Assembly (NCBI GenBank): GCA_020343695.1
Contig: CP070807.1
Span: forward strand, 1-37,655
Direction: 5' to 3'
Source of the DNA: Candidatus Omnitrophota bacterium
GTDB taxonomy: Bacteria > Omnitrophota > Gorgyraeia > Duberdicusellales > 4484-171
DNA: 37,655 nt
Shown: in pieces, positions 23,089 to 34,459 of the stretch
Layout: every line of letters begins with the position of its first letter
Numbering within the stretch: the first letter of the stretch is position 1
The notes under the pieces: generated by a model
The model's database searches: none
The model's input: the letters and a program-made list of their open reading frames with translations, nothing else
What the model was told of the DNA's origin: nothing
Translations under genes and position numbers: made by a program

Positions 23089-24168
23089 TTAAAATTGTTC
23101 TAAAAATCTTGTATCATTCTCATAAAAGAGACGGATATCATCGATTCCGTATTTAAGCATCGCGATTCTATCTACTCCCATCCCAAAGGCAAACCCTCTG
23201 TATTTGCTAAAATCTATTCCACACATCGCAAGGACCTTGGGATGGATCATCCCACACCCCAAAATCTCAAGCCATCCTTTGCCTTTGCATACACTACACT
23301 TACGTTGCTGCTGGCCCGAAACTTTAAGTTTATTATCCGACTTCTTACGGCTGTGACCCCTGCAGATAATACACGAGATATCTACCTCTGCTGAAGGTTC
23401 TGTGAACGGGAAAAAGTGCGGCCGAAAACGCAAATGGACATCTGGCGAAAAAAATGAACGAGCAAAGTAAAGGAGCACCCCTTTTAAGTGAGAAAAATTT
23501 ATATCTTCTCCTACGGCAAAGCCCTCTATTTGATGAAACATAAAAGAATGCGATGCATCTACCTCATCAGGCCGATACACTCTTCCAGGAGAAATCACTG
23601 CCAATGGAGGGCGTCTTTGGCGCATCACGCGTATCTGCGAAGGGGAGGTATGACTCCTTAAAAGGTGTCTGGTCCTATTCTTTCCTTTGTTATGCGTCTC
23701 AAGGTCAAGATAAAAGGTGTCAAACACGTCTCGGGAAGGATGCTCTAAAGGAATGTTGAGAGCAGCAAAGTTGTGCCACTCATCCTCCACCTCTTTACCC
23801 TCGATGACAACAAATCCCAGGTTTTCAAAAATAGAACAAATTTTTTCATTTACCGTACTCAAGATGTGGCAACGACCTCTTTGAAGGGGAGTTGAGGGAA
23901 AAGTTAAATCTACTCTCTGCTCTTTGTGATCAATCCTCTTTAGCTTCTCTTCTAAGAGAGAAGTTATTTTTACCTTTAGAGAATTCAGTCTTCTGCCCCA
24001 CATCCCTCTCTCTTCGCCAGCCAAGGTAGGGAGCTGAGTAAATAGCCGATTAAGCTGTGATTTTCTACCCAAATATTTTACCTTCAAGCACTCTACTTCT
24101 TTGAAGGTAACTACCCTTTGATACTCGGCGTTGAACTCCTCTTCTAAATTTTTTAGTTTCTCTTCCAT
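23089..24168 (-). CDS. pheS: phenylalanine--tRNA ligase alpha subunit
   Basis: 359 aa. N-terminal coiled coil, HP..D.FDTFY, class II motifs (FRPHFFPFTEPSAEVD, GCGMIHP, GFAFGMGVDRIAM). Confidence 0.92.
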   Translation of the reverse strand: MEEKLKNLEEEFNAEYQRVVTFKEVECLKVKYLGRKSQLNRLFTQLPTLAGEERGMWGRRLNSLKVKITSLLEEKLKRIDHKEQRVDLTFPSTPLQRGRCHILSTVNEKICSIFENLGFVVIEGKEVEDEWHNFAALNIPLEHPSRDVFDTFYLDLETHNKGKNRTRHLLRSHTSPSQIRVMRQRRPPLAVISPGRVYRPDEVDASHSFMFHQIEGFAVGEDINFSHLKGVLLYFARSFFSPDVHLRFRPHFFPFTEPSAEVDISCIICRGHSRKKSDNKLKVSGQQQRKCSVCKGKGWLEILGCGMIHPKVLAMCGIDFSKYRGFAFGMGVDRIAMLKYGIDDIRLFYENDTRFLEQF

Positions 24169-24206
24169 TTTTCTGCCTACGAATATTTATACACCAATAT
24201 CATCCG

Positions 24207-24752
24207 TCAGCGTCTCCATATTTTTATAAGATAAACAATCATCAATGTCAAACAGATTATAAAAAATACTATTGCCAGTCTAATTTTGAAAGGCTTAATC
24301 ACCTCGTTCTTGGCAAACCCTTCTTGCACAACATCTATCTTGTATGCATGCACATCGTGCCCATTGTGAAGAGGGCAGTTCCTGGAAAATTTCCCCGAAA
24401 TCTTAACGTAATCTCCTTGAGTCTTATAGCTTCCCCACCATCGTACCTTGCCCAACGAATCTACATCGGGTACAAAAACCCCTATATTGTGCCCCTCAGA
24501 GGAAATATTTATCCACGTCCCGCTCTGCTCTTTGAGCGGTTCGCCAATAAGCTCTCCCTCTATCGTAACAGTTCCTCCATCGAATCTCTCAGGATAGTCC
24601 AGTATCTCTTCGATGGAAGTAACTTGTCCATATAGAGAGGGGTTACTCAACAGCAAAAACATTACCCCGCAGAGAACAAAAGGCAGAGGATATAGGGCGG
24701 AGAACAGATTTTTTTCATTCTTACTTCTGATATCCATCTTCATTTTCTCCAT
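24207..24752 (-). CDS. hypothetical membrane-anchored protein (N- and C-terminal TM helices, beta-rich middle)
   Basis: 181-aa ORF that overlaps the trkH stop by 13 nt. I recognise no family motif. Confidence 0.45.
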   Translation of the reverse strand: MEKMKMDIRSKNEKNLFSALYPLPFVLCGVMFLLLSNPSLYGQVTSIEEILDYPERFDGGTVTIEGELIGEPLKEQSGTWINISSEGHNIGVFVPDVDSLGKVRWWGSYKTQGDYVKISGKFSRNCPLHNGHDVHAYKIDVVQEGFAKNEVIKPFKIRLAIVFFIICLTLMIVYLIKIWRR

Positions 24753-26224
24753 AACGATACAATAAAGCCTAAAGAGACAAAGATGGAAAGAAACTCAAGT
24801 CTTCCCACCCACATCTGAAAGATATACATCAGCTTCAGCCCTAAAGGAGCTGCCGGATTCGTAATCCCCACTGATAACCCCACATTCGCTGTTGCTGATA
24901 CTGACTCGAACAATGAAAGCAGAGGATGATATCCAAAAATCATGCCTACAATTGCTCCTCCTATGTAGGTAAGCAAAAACAGGGTAAAGTAAATGTAGGC
25001 CTCCTTTACTCTTTTATCTGAGAGAATTAAATCTTGTAAGTGGTGGAATCTCTCTTTATACACGGCTCTAAACGGCATCATCCATCTCTTAATCTCAGTA
25101 AAAAATGTTTTAAAGATAATTCCTATTCGCATCAACTTTATCGCTCCTGTGGTGGAACACACACCTCCCCCTATCATCATTGCAAAGATTATAGGCAACA
25201 ACGCCAAAGTAGAGAATGTGCTTAATTCTCCTCCGCTCAAATTTGTAAATCCGCAGCCAGAGTGAGCGGAGATTAATTGATAAAACCCTTTACGGAACAT
25301 GGTGGTATGAGGTAACCCTTTGAGAGCAAAGTAGAGTAATAAGAGGAGCGAAAAGAAGGTAAAAAGAAATGTGCGTACTTCAAAATTTCTTGCAATTTCT
25401 CTTCTGTTCTTATTCCATATCCAAAAGTGGAGATTAAAGTTTATCGCACCTAACATCATAAAAACGAGCGTGGCAATTTCTAAGGGTAAACAATGATAAT
25501 ACGCAATATTTTGTGCCTGAGGAGCGAATCCACCTGTATCAAAAGAGGCAAAAAATAACCATAGACCGTGGTAGAGAGACTTCTCCAAGGGCAGGCCTTT
25601 GGAACGAAGAATTACAGAATAGGTAATCAGCCCCAGAATTAAATAGAGAAAGCTTACCTTCCAGATGAAACGTGCCGTGGCAATCACATTGGGCAAAATC
25701 TTCTCCTGTCGTGCTTCCCCAATATAAAATCCTAAGGCGACGGATCTGGCTCTGGTGAGAATCGAAAGGCTTGCTAAAATTATGCCTTGGCCTCCGATAA
25801 ACATTGTTAGATGCCGCCACATATTATGGGCGAAGGAGAGATGGTCTAAATCTTGGACGAGAATAAGGCCTGTGGTTGCAAAACCACTCATTGCTTCAAA
25901 CCAGGCATCGACAAATGTAGAAAAATGCGATGAAAGGTAGAGGGGAATTGCACCCAATAGCGAGAATACAATCCAACCACAGCTTACTGTAAAAAACGCA
26001 TGGACCCAACTCACCTCTTTGCGTAACGGAAAGAAGATACACAAAACTAATCCCGCTGATGTGGTGATTAAAAACCCGATGAAAAAATCAAAAAAAGGAG
26101 AAATTTCTTTACGAACAATAGCGACAAAGAGAGGAATAAGCATAAACCCTGCAAGACCCAAGAGGAGCCTTCCAAGGATATTGAAGATTGTGGAAAAATC
26201 TCTTTTATCAGGAGATATGACCAT
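24740..26224 (-). CDS. trkH: TrkH/KtrB-family potassium uptake membrane subunit
   Basis: 494 aa, polytopic (10 or more TM helices), with repeated pore-loop-like segments (GFATTGL, FDTGGF, HSGCGF, ATANVGLS), as in TrkH. Confidence 0.85.
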   Translation of the reverse strand: MVISPDKRDFSTIFNILGRLLLGLAGFMLIPLFVAIVRKEISPFFDFFIGFLITTSAGLVLCIFFPLRKEVSWVHAFFTVSCGWIVFSLLGAIPLYLSSHFSTFVDAWFEAMSGFATTGLILVQDLDHLSFAHNMWRHLTMFIGGQGIILASLSILTRARSVALGFYIGEARQEKILPNVIATARFIWKVSFLYLILGLITYSVILRSKGLPLEKSLYHGLWLFFASFDTGGFAPQAQNIAYYHCLPLEIATLVFMMLGAINFNLHFWIWNKNRREIARNFEVRTFLFTFFSLLLLLYFALKGLPHTTMFRKGFYQLISAHSGCGFTNLSGGELSTFSTLALLPIIFAMMIGGGVCSTTGAIKLMRIGIIFKTFFTEIKRWMMPFRAVYKERFHHLQDLILSDKRVKEAYIYFTLFLLTYIGGAIVGMIFGYHPLLSLFESVSATANVGLSVGITNPAAPLGLKLMYIFQMWVGRLEFLSIFVSLGFIVSLWRK

Positions 26225-26290
26225 TTTTCTTATCTACGATTTTGGCTCTTCTGCAGATAGCTCTGATATCTTATATAGTATCGTCTGCGA

Positions 26291-26377
26291 TTAGAAGAGA
26301 AGGGAGAGAAGAAAACCTATCCCTACAATTAAAAGGCAGAAAAGAATTTCTACAACTATCCCCCCAAACGTCTTCAT
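26291..26377 (-). CDS. candidate 28-aa single-TM micro-protein between trkA and trkH
   Basis: AGGAGG sits 9 nt upstream of the ATG at 26377. The ORF reads MKTFGGIVVEILFCLLIVGIGFLLSLLF and ends in TAA. It is too short for the ORF track. Confidence 0.3.
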   Translation of the reverse strand: MKTFGGIVVEILFCLLIVGIGFLLSLLF

Positions 26378-26479
26378 CTCTCAAAGCCTCCTTACGAGAG
26401 CAGTGGCACAAGAACCGTCACATAATACCTCTCTTGCGTACATTGGTACTGTAGTGGTGCAATGAGTAATGTGTTCTTG

Positions 26480-27145
26480 TTATATTTTCCCAATAAGAGC
26501 TTTGATTAAGTCCTTTTCTACATCAATGAACGTGGCGGCAATCACTTCGTCGTCAGGATAGATCTCTGTAGAACCAGAGGGAATAATAATGTCCGGCCCT
26601 CTCAATATAGAAACAAGAACAGAGTTAGGTGGAAGCTGAATGTCTTTTAGGGTTTTGCCTACTACAGGAGAACCCTGAGGTATATCTACTCGCACAATTG
26701 AGAGTCTACCTTTCTTTATGCTTAAAAGATTCATTACGTCACTGAACGAAGCCTCTTCTTCTACGATACGGGCAATTATCGATGTAGAATCAACAGGATT
26801 GTCTACTTCCATATGCTTATAAAGCGCAAGGTGCTTAGGGTCATTGACTCGAGCCACTGTTCGCTTCACCCCAAAGATATCTTTGGCTAAATTACATATA
26901 ATAATGTTATCTTCATCACGTGAGGTAGCGCTCACACAGACAGAGGCTTTCTCTATTTTCGCCTCCTTTAAAATATCGGGGTAGGTCGCATCTCCCCAGA
27001 TGACAAGAAAACCTTTAAGCTCCCTTGCCAACCTGTTACACAACCCTTCATCTTTATCAATAAGGCACACTTGGTGTTTGTCCTCTCTTAACTTCTTCGC
27101 CAATACTAAGCCTAATCTTCCTGCCCCGGCAATTACGATATACAT
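26480..27145 (-). CDS. trkA: Trk system NAD-binding subunit (TrkA_N + TrkA_C)
   Basis: 221 aa. Rossmann IAGAGRLG and a C-terminal RCK_C-like domain (VVGKTLKDIQLP). Confidence 0.8.
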   Translation of the reverse strand: MYIVIAGAGRLGLVLAKKLREDKHQVCLIDKDEGLCNRLARELKGFLVIWGDATYPDILKEAKIEKASVCVSATSRDEDNIIICNLAKDIFGVKRTVARVNDPKHLALYKHMEVDNPVDSTSIIARIVEEEASFSDVMNLLSIKKGRLSIVRVDIPQGSPVVGKTLKDIQLPPNSVLVSILRGPDIIIPSGSTEIYPDDEVIAATFIDVEKDLIKALIGKI

Positions 27146-27528
27146 TTTTTTAACACCTCAACAATTAAATAGGTACGATTCACAATGGTTAAGCCTTCCT
27201 CTTGAAATATCTTTTTTTTGACGACATCATTTATCTGCAGAATAACACTTTTTACTCCGTATTTGCGCTTCACCACCTTGCCTACCACAATATTGAGATT
27301 ATCATTGCCAGTGAGAAGAAAGAGTGCATCAGCCTCTTTTACTCCTGCATCTTCTAAGGTGTGCATATCGAGGCCGTCACCCCATATTTTCTTTCCATTG
27401 AAATCATCCCCCAGAAAGTCAAGCTGCTTTAAATTTTTATCCACCATTACTACGTTCTCTGTATGAGCCAGTTCTATGGCGAGTTCTTTTCCGGTTTTTC
27501 CACATCCAACAATAATAATGTACTTCAT
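27133..27528 (-). CDS. TrkA_N-only NAD-binding protein
   Basis: 131 aa. Rossmann VGCGKTG. 13-nt overlap with downstream trkA. Confidence 0.7.
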   Translation of the reverse strand: MKYIIIVGCGKTGKELAIELAHTENVVMVDKNLKQLDFLGDDFNGKKIWGDGLDMHTLEDAGVKEADALFLLTGNDNLNIVVGKVVKRKYGVKSVILQINDVVKKKIFQEEGLTIVNRTYLIVEVLKKCIS

Positions 27529-27558
27529 CCTTCGTTTCCCTCTATGTGACTCCGTGTT

Positions 27559-27903
27559 TTATTTCTTCACTGCCTCAACAATTTTATCAAAAACTCCTGG
27601 ATGTTCTGAAGCAATCTTTGCTAATATATCTCGAGAGAGAATAATATTTTTCTCTTTAAGAACGTGAATGAATTCCCCGTAAGTAAGTCCTTTTTGTGTA
27701 AGAGCGGCATTGATGCGGCTCACCCACAGAGATCGAAATTCTCTCTTTTTTACCCTCCTATCTCGATAGGCATACACCAAAGACCGTCGTACTGTCTCGA
27801 TAGCTCGACGATAGTGCTTAGAACGCCTGCCCCAGTAACCTTTTGCTAATTGTAATACTTTCTTCTTTCGTCGCCTTGAAGCTGGTGCGTGTTTGGTTTT
27901 CAT
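27559..27903 (-). CDS. rplT: 50S ribosomal protein L20
   Basis: 114 aa. KGYWGRRSK..YAYRDRR..KREFRSLWVSRINAA is a canonical L20 sequence. Confidence 0.95.
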   Translation of the reverse strand: MKTKHAPASRRRKKKVLQLAKGYWGRRSKHYRRAIETVRRSLVYAYRDRRVKKREFRSLWVSRINAALTQKGLTYGEFIHVLKEKNIILSRDILAKIASEHPGVFDKIVEAVKK

Positions 27904-27961
27904 TTGAACTCCTCCTCTTCCTCAGATTGACTGTTGTACTATGCCAGATGCCGTACTCATC

Positions 27962-28162
27962 TTAAAATGCATATGGTAAAGCTCTCTTGGCAAATTGTTT
28001 CTGTCCTGCAGGAATACGTTCTTTCTTCCTCAGGGCTCTTTTGCGTTTTTTGCTCTTTCCGCTTAAAAGATGGCGTCTGCCTGCTTTCGAGCACAGAATT
28101 TTTCCCTTTTTAGTAATTTTGACTCTCTTGGCTAACGCCTTTTTGGTCTTCAGTTTCGGCAT
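27962..28162 (-). CDS. rpmI: 50S ribosomal protein L35
   Basis: MPKLKTKKALAKRVKITKKGKI.. The true start is taken as the ATG at 28162 (SD AAAGGGG), not the track start at 28180. Confidence 0.9.
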   Translation of the reverse strand: MPKLKTKKALAKRVKITKKGKILCSKAGRRHLLSGKSKKRKRALRKKERIPAGQKQFAKRALPYAF

Positions 28163-28218
28163 AGATACCCCTTTCTTCAATGTTCACATATGTAGCGCCT
28201 GCGACTCAAATGACACTT

Positions 28219-28722
28219 TTACTTCGGGCCAAGCGTCATCACTAAGGTTTTTCCTAACATATGCGCTTCTCTGTCTATCTTTCCCACTTTTTCCACATCG
28301 TGAATGAGTCTATCAATGAGCCGCTTACCTATATCTTTGTGGGAAATCTCTCTTCCTCTAAAAAACATTCGTATCCTTACCTTGTGTCCCTTCTCTAAAA
28401 ACTCTCTTACATGCCTTAACTTTACTTCGTAATCATGATTATCTATTCTTGGATTTATTCGTATTTCTTTGAGCTGTGCGTGCCTCTGATGTTTCTTTAC
28501 CTCTCTTTCTCGTTTCTCCTGCTCATAACGGTATTTGGCAAAATCCATTATTCTACACACCGGCGGATTTGCCTGGGGAGCAACTTCCACTAAATCAAAA
28601 TCGAGCTCGTCCGCCTTCTTGAGCGCTAAATCACGAGGAAATATCCCGAGCTGTTCCCCCTCCGGTCCAATGAGCCGTACTGTTTTTGCAAAAATTCTCT
28701 CATTTACTCTTACATATCTCAA
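28219..28722 (-). CDS. infC: translation initiation factor IF-3 (TTG start)
   Basis: 167 aa. RVNERI..VRLIGPEGEQLGI and LVEVAPQANPPVCRIMD. The non-AUG (TTG) start after AAAGGAGG fits infC autoregulation. Confidence 0.9.
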   Translation of the reverse strand: MRYVRVNERIFAKTVRLIGPEGEQLGIFPRDLALKKADELDFDLVEVAPQANPPVCRIMDFAKYRYEQEKREREVKKHQRHAQLKEIRINPRIDNHDYEVKLRHVREFLEKGHKVRIRMFFRGREISHKDIGKRLIDRLIHDVEKVGKIDREAHMLGKTLVMTLGPK

Positions 28723-28741
28723 CTTACCTCAACCTCCTTTT

Positions 28742-28762
28742 TTAATGAGCGCACAACTTATG
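28742..28762 (-). repeat. 21-nt exact repeat CATAAGTTGTGCGCTCATTAA, copy 2
   Basis: The reverse complement of this interval is identical to 3943-3963. It forms the 3' arm of the long-range stem of the thrS-infC intergenic structure and ends 19 nt before the infC TTG. Confidence 0.8.
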
Positions 28763-28849
28763 GCCCAAGAACTGCTTCGCATTTCCGGGATTTAGTCCCC
28801 GAAATTTGTTCCAAATTTCAGGCGAAGCGATAACCAACATAAGTTGCGG
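28749..28849 (-). promoter_or_regulatory. ~100-nt nested-helix leader between thrS and infC (possible L20-type leader)
   Basis: On the minus strand there are three stacked helices:
- CGCAACTTATG/CATAAGTTGTG
- GCTTCGC/GCGAAGC
- ATTTC-GGG/CCC-GAAAT
The structure starts 3 nt after the thrS stop and ends just before the infC SD. Confidence 0.35.
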
Positions 28850-28851
28850 CC

Positions 28852-30564
28852 TCATTTGACTTCCTTTCTCAAAATATCTATAAACTTCTGGGGCTTCATG
28901 CTTCCTAAGTTTTCTCCACCCCGCTTTCTTACAGAAACCTGCGCCTGCTGCTTTTCTTTCTTTCCTACAATCACCAGATACGGCACTTTAAGAAGCTCTT
29001 TCTCTCGTATTTTCTTTTGCAGTGTTTCGTCTCTTAGGTCCGCATCTACCCTCATACCTTCCTCTTGCAAAATCCGTTGCACATCCTGCGCATAACCTTT
29101 GAGGTCGGAAGTAATATTGAGTACACTGACTTGAACAGGAGCCAACCACAAGGGGAATTTACCCGCATAGTGCTCAATGAGCGTGGCAATGAACCTCTCA
29201 AGACTTCCCAGAATAACACGATGAATCATCACAACCCTTGTATCTTTTCCAGAAGAATCTCGGTAAGTCACATCGAACCGTTTAGGAATATTGTAATCTA
29301 ACTGAACGGTCGCACACTGCCATTCTCTGCCTAAAGCATCCTTTAATTTTATATCAATCTTTGGCCCATAAAAAGCGCCTTCTCCTACATTAATGCGATA
29401 TTGAAAATTTTTCTTTCGTAGAACCTCCTCTAAGATTTTTTGAGAATCGTCCCAGTCTTGAACCTCTCCAATGAATTCCTGCGGTCGCGTACTTAATTCA
29501 GCACCAAAATTATCAAAACCAAATACTCGCATTGCTTCCTGTACAAAATCGAGGACTCCTTCTATTTCAGAATAGAGATCTTCTTTTTTGCAGAAAATAT
29601 GAGCGTCGTCCTGCGTGAATCCTCGCACTCGAAGAAGCCCCTGCAGAACCCCACTCTTCTCATAGCGATACACCGTACCTAATTCAAATAACCTGAATGG
29701 CAAATCACGCCAGCTGTGGAGTTGCGATTTGTAGATAAGAATGTGGCCGGGGCAATTCATTGGCTTTAAGACAAATTCCTGGTTCTCCTTTACAATCGGA
29801 TACATGTAATCTTGATAGTACTCTAGATGACCGCTCTTGGCCCATAATTTTTTATCCATAATATGGGGGGTATTGACCATCTGATACCCCCGCTTAAGGT
29901 GCTCTCTTATTTCCCAATCTTCAATGATTCTTCGCAACACCGCTCCCTGTGGCAAATAGAATACCAGGCCTGCTCCGGCTTGATTATAGTAGAAATCAAT
30001 TAAGCCAAGGTCTCTACCCAAAATTCTGTGATCTCTCTTTTTTGCCTCCTCAAGAGTCCCCAGATAGGTATCTAATTCTTTCTTACTAGAGAATGCTGTT
30101 CCATAGATGCGTACAAGCTGAGGGTTCGTCCCTATGCCTCTCCAATAGGCACCGGACGTAGACAAGAGTTTAAAAGACACTACCTTTCCCGTAGAAGCAA
30201 TATGAGGTCCCCTGCAAAGGTCCACAAAATTGTTATGCTTATAAATAGAAACTTTCTCTTGCCCTAACTCTCTGATAAGCTCTATCTTATAGCTTTCCTT
30301 CTGGGTCTGGAAAAAATCAATGGCCTTTTCTGCACTCCACTCCTCGTGGATAAAGGGGTAATCTTTGCGAATTTCTTCTGTCATCAGTTTCTCTATCTTC
30401 GCTAAATCTTCTTCCTTTATCCCCCCAGGAATATCAAAATCATAGTAAAACCCATTCTCAATCGAAGGCCCAATACCCAGCTTTGTCTCTGGATAGAGTC
30501 TTTTTACCGCTGAAGCCATAATGTGGGAACAGGAATGTCGCAAAGCGTCTAAATCCATGCTCAT
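28852..30564 (-). CDS. thrS: threonine--tRNA ligase (lacks N-terminal TGS domain)
   Basis: 570 aa. It starts at the editing-domain HxxxH motif (RHSCSHIMA), followed by the class II catalytic core and the anticodon-binding domain. Confidence 0.95.
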   Translation of the reverse strand: MSMDLDALRHSCSHIMASAVKRLYPETKLGIGPSIENGFYYDFDIPGGIKEEDLAKIEKLMTEEIRKDYPFIHEEWSAEKAIDFFQTQKESYKIELIRELGQEKVSIYKHNNFVDLCRGPHIASTGKVVSFKLLSTSGAYWRGIGTNPQLVRIYGTAFSSKKELDTYLGTLEEAKKRDHRILGRDLGLIDFYYNQAGAGLVFYLPQGAVLRRIIEDWEIREHLKRGYQMVNTPHIMDKKLWAKSGHLEYYQDYMYPIVKENQEFVLKPMNCPGHILIYKSQLHSWRDLPFRLFELGTVYRYEKSGVLQGLLRVRGFTQDDAHIFCKKEDLYSEIEGVLDFVQEAMRVFGFDNFGAELSTRPQEFIGEVQDWDDSQKILEEVLRKKNFQYRINVGEGAFYGPKIDIKLKDALGREWQCATVQLDYNIPKRFDVTYRDSSGKDTRVVMIHRVILGSLERFIATLIEHYAGKFPLWLAPVQVSVLNITSDLKGYAQDVQRILQEEGMRVDADLRDETLQKKIREKELLKVPYLVIVGKKEKQQAQVSVRKRGGENLGSMKPQKFIDILRKEVK

Positions 30565-30608
30565 CTTAAAGAAAGTTACTATTAGTAACCGTTAGTAACT
30601 AAATTCAA

Positions 30609-30680
30609 TGGGCGGTAGAGGATTTGAACCTCTGACCCCCTCGGTGTAAACGAGATGCGCTTCCGCTGCGCCAACCGCCC
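30609..30680 (-). tRNA. tRNA-Val (anticodon UAC), CCA not encoded
   Basis: Hand-folded: acceptor GGGCGGT/ACCGCCC, D arm GCGC-AGCGGAA-GCGC, anticodon stem TCTCG/CGAGG with loop TTTACAC, T arm AGAGG-TTCAAAT-CCTCT, discriminator A. Confidence 0.9.
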
Positions 30681-30735
30681 GCTCTATTACCTTTTACCAG
30701 ATTAGAATTATTTTTCAACAGAATTTTATCTTGAG

Positions 30736-32947
<2,212 letters not shown>

Positions 32948-32951
<4 letters not shown>

Positions 32952-34459
32952 ACAAAGACAAATCTCTTTTTGAATTCACCAATTACCTCTTTAATCTTTA
33001 CCTCATCCTCACCATTAAAATCTCTATTTTCCTCAATCTTTTTTACCAGGTACTCGTGTTGTTTGTGAACAAAATCTAAAAATTCTTTTTCAAATCTCCT
33101 CACATCTTTAAGGGGGATATCATCTAAAAGACCCTTTGTGCCTGCATAGAGAATAAGTGCTTGCTCTCCAAGGTTCTGAGGCTCGTGTTGGGCCTGTTTT
33201 AACGCTTCAACTAAATGCCGGCCCCGCTCAATTTGTAACGTAGTCTCTTTATCTAATTCTGTTCCTAGCTGGGTAAATGCTTCTACTTCTCTAAATTGAG
33301 CCAAGTCCAGACGAAGCATCCCTGAAACTTTTTTGATTGCTTTGAATTGAGCTGCTCCTCCCACCCGTGAGACACTTAAACCAACATTGATTGCTGGCAT
33401 TACTCCTTGGTGGAATAAATCAGTATCTAGGTAAATCTGTCCATCGGTTATGGAAATTAAGTTCGTGGGGATATATGTTGTAACGTCTTGGGCTTGAGTC
33501 TCAACAACCGGCAGTGCCGTTAAAGACCCTCCTGCGTAGCGCTTGTTGAGTTTACAGGCTCGCTCAAGGAGCCGAGAGTGAGTATAGAAAATATCTCCTG
33601 GGTATGCCTCTCTTCCTGGGGGACGCCTTAAGAGTAATGATAATTCCCGATAACAGGCAGCGTGTTTACTTAAATCATCATACATAACCACAACATCCTC
33701 TCCTTTATCTCGAAAATATTCTGCCATAGAAGTGGCAGCGTAAGGAGCAATGTACTGAAGAGGAGTAGGAGAAGATGCAGAAGCAACAACAACGGTCGTA
33801 TACTCCATACATCCATACTTCTTTAAGGTGTCGGTCATGGTTGCCACAGTAGAGTTTCTCTGTCCAATGGCTACGTAAAAACACAACACGCCTTTACCTT
33901 TCTGGTTGATAATCGTATCGATCAACAGAGCAGTTTTTCCTGTTTGTCTATCCCCGATAATTAACTCTCGCTGGCCTCTGCCAATAGGAATCATTGCGTC
34001 GATTGCTTTTATTCCCGTCTCTAAAGGGGTGTTGACGGGTTCTCTTTGGGCAACACCTGGGGCTTTAACCTCTACGGGTCTAAATTGGCTTTCCTTAATC
34101 TTGGGCCCATCATCTAAGGGATTTCCTAAAGGGTCAACTACCCTTCCCACCAAAGCTTCACCAACAGGTACCTCTAAAACTTTCCCTGTGAGGCGAACCT
34201 CATCTCCTTCTTTTATTAAAGAATCGTCTCCAAAAATACACGCCCCCACGGTTTCCTCTTCCAAATTAAGCACCATTCCGTAGACGTTATGAGGAAAAAT
34301 TAATAATTCGCTCGACAGGGCATCTTTTAATCCATACACTTGTGCAATACCGTCTCCAATACGCAATACCACTCCTATTTTTGCAATGTCGACTTTTTCC
34401 TTAAAAGCCTCTATCTTTTCCTGTATGATACGCGTTAATTGATGCGGATCAATTTTCAC
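32948..34459 (-). CDS. atpA: F1 ATP synthase alpha subunit
   Basis: 503 aa. Walker A GDRQTGKT and YDDLSKHA..YRELSLLLRRPPGREAYPGD. Confidence 0.95.

Noticed and set aside
27437-27445. DnaA-box-like TTATCCACC (and TTATCCACG near 24507) as a sign of a replication origin; also the strand switches at about 1700-1870 and about 9051-9089
   Set aside because: These are single isolated boxes inside coding sequence, with no cluster, no AT-rich unwinding element, and no dnaA or dnaN nearby. The strand switches are ordinary divergent and convergent operon junctions.
30574-30600. GTTACTAA repeats (and other short repeats in the window) as a CRISPR array
   Set aside because: There are only two 8-nt direct copies separated by 2 nt, plus one inverted copy. 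No repeat-spacer periodicity or cas genes occur anywhere in the window.
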